A stretch of 64,000 nt of DNA from the NCBI GenBank assembly GCA_030141605.1, contig JAQGDQ010000216.1:290259-354258 (forward strand), given 5' to 3'. Made by a program: the position numbers and the translations under genes. Every line of letters starts with the position of its first letter. Position 1 is the stretch's first letter. The DNA comes from Tubiluchus corallicola (lineage: Eukaryota; Animalia; Priapulida). Below are positions 62,780 through 64,000 of this stretch, piece after piece. A model generated the notes under the pieces. The model searched no databases. It worked only from the letters and a program-made list of their open reading frames with translations, and was not told where the DNA came from.

Positions 62780-63664
62780 GCTGTTGTTTTGTTCTACAAG
62801 CCTGTTAAGTACTGTTTCTACTAGTTTTTCCACAATAGGGTGGTAGTTTTCGTTTGCTTCGCCCGAAGCTCTGTTGGCTATTATTGTGCACACGGTGAGG
62901 GCACGGTGTCCTAGTAAGCGGCTTAGGCCGTATATGCCAGAGCACTCCATTTCTAGGTTGGTTATTTTAAGCCCTTCATATCTAAATGTTTTTAGTTTGT
63001 TGTTTAGGTTTTTGTCTACAACTTTCAGGCGCAGTTCGCGTCCTTGTGGGCCATAAAACCCCGGAGCAGAGACAGTAATTACTGGAGCTATATCTTTTTT
63101 GCAAATTTTGTTGAAGAGGTGCCTGTCGGCATCGACCACATAAGGAGATGAGAGCATTTTATTCCACGCGGTATGGTTTTTGAAAGCCTTTTCAAGCTTT
63201 AAGTCTGATATGTTAATCCTTTCGGAATAATAGTTGAGTAATCCGTCAAAGCCGATTGCTTTTTGTGACGCAATGTATGAGTTGAGTTCTGTATCCTCTT
63301 GCAGTGAGCCGGATGTCCCTATTCTTACAACGTTTAGTGCTGTGTGTCTCTTTTTGGGGACCCTCTTTTTCAAATCAATATTTACAAGGGCATCCAACTC
63401 ATTCATGACAATATCAATATTGTCTGTGCCTATACCTGTAGATAGTGCTGTTATTTTTGTGTTTTTATAGGTTCCTGTTGTGCTGAGGAACTCCCTGTTC
63501 CCGCCACTATAGCTTATAGTGTCAAAGTGGTTCGATATTACTTTTACACGAGCAGGATCTCCAACCAATATAACGTTTTCTGCAAGGTCTCTGGGTTTCA
63601 TATGGAGATGAAAGATTGTTCCATCCCTGTTTATGATGAGTTCTGAAGGTTTTATTTTGTGCAT
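62774..63664 (-). CDS. Nucleoside (uridine-type) phosphorylase
   Basis: LVGDPARV, NREF, STGIGTDNIDIV, RIGTSGSL, PGFYGPQGR, NLEMEC. Confidence 0.9.
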   Translation of the reverse strand: MHKIKPSELIINRDGTIFHLHMKPRDLAENVILVGDPARVKVISNHFDTISYSGGNREFLSTTGTYKNTKITALSTGIGTDNIDIVMNELDALVNIDLKKRVPKKRHTALNVVRIGTSGSLQEDTELNSYIASQKAIGFDGLLNYYSERINISDLKLEKAFKNHTAWNKMLSSPYVVDADRHLFNKICKKDIAPVITVSAPGFYGPQGRELRLKVVDKNLNNKLKTFRYEGLKITNLEMECSGIYGLSRLLGHRALTVCTIIANRASGEANENYHPIVEKLVETVLNRLVEQNNSL

Positions 63665-63759
63665 ATACCGTTTTTCCCTCTTATAGTTTTACTTGAGTAT
63701 ATAAAATTATTTAAATTTCATTGTGTTGCAAGTCTTTGTTGTCCTGGCATGTGTTTTAT

Positions 63760-63880
63760 AGGTTTTTTGGAGCTGGAGATTTTTGCTTATGAGGAGGAAA
63801 AACTTTGTGAGTGGCAGTAACTTGTTGATGCAATTAGGGGTTTTGAAGATATTTTATGATGAAAAAATAGCAGATAGGCA
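63760..63880 (-). repeat. Dispersed MITE-like repeat, degenerate copy L
   Basis: Reverse complement ..ATCTTCAAAACCCC..CAAGTT..GTTTTTCCTC.. resembles copies H and I. Confidence 0.45.
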
Positions 63881-63895
63881 GGTTAAGCAGTATGG

Positions 63896-63903
63896 TATCT
63901 TTG
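63896..63903 (+). promoter_or_regulatory. -7 box (TATCTTTG) for a gene beyond the window
   Basis: TAnnTTTG match. Confidence 0.4.
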
Positions 63904-64000
63904 TAAATACTCAGGTTTTTATGGTTTATATTTTAACAGATGTTTAACAGTTTTTTTATGGATAGGTTGAAAAAAATTAGCACCTTCGTGTGTTGTTAAC

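Overview
Chromosomal window from a Bacteroidota bacterium, probably an anaerobic Bacteroidales/Marinilabiliales-like lineage (TAnnTTTG promoters, SusC/SusD, LptD, DUF349, flavodiiron protein). Most of it is intact housekeeping genes (aspS, tRNA-Asn, gltX, pyrG, yidC, ribH, recF, clpS, polA, zapA, rny) and envelope functions (alpha-2-macroglobulin with pbpC, FloA/NfeD, FtsX-type permeases with a LolA-like protein, an octaheme-HEAT-TPR lipoprotein, and two likely sulfonolipid enzymes). The intergenic DNA is heavily shaped by mobile elements. There are five IS copies (2 IS3, 2 IS256, 1 IS1634), four of them disrupted. The IS1634 copy has a 263-bp target duplication, and one IS256 copy sits inside a relic of its own end. 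A degenerate ~130-140 bp MITE-like family occurs in about 10 or more intergenic regions, and its inverted repeats appear to supply the -33 box of several promoters. A 122-bp structured tandem array with pseudoknot potential and an 18-bp VNTR are also present. No CRISPR, prophage or defence island was seen. All alignments and structures were read by eye and need computational confirmation.
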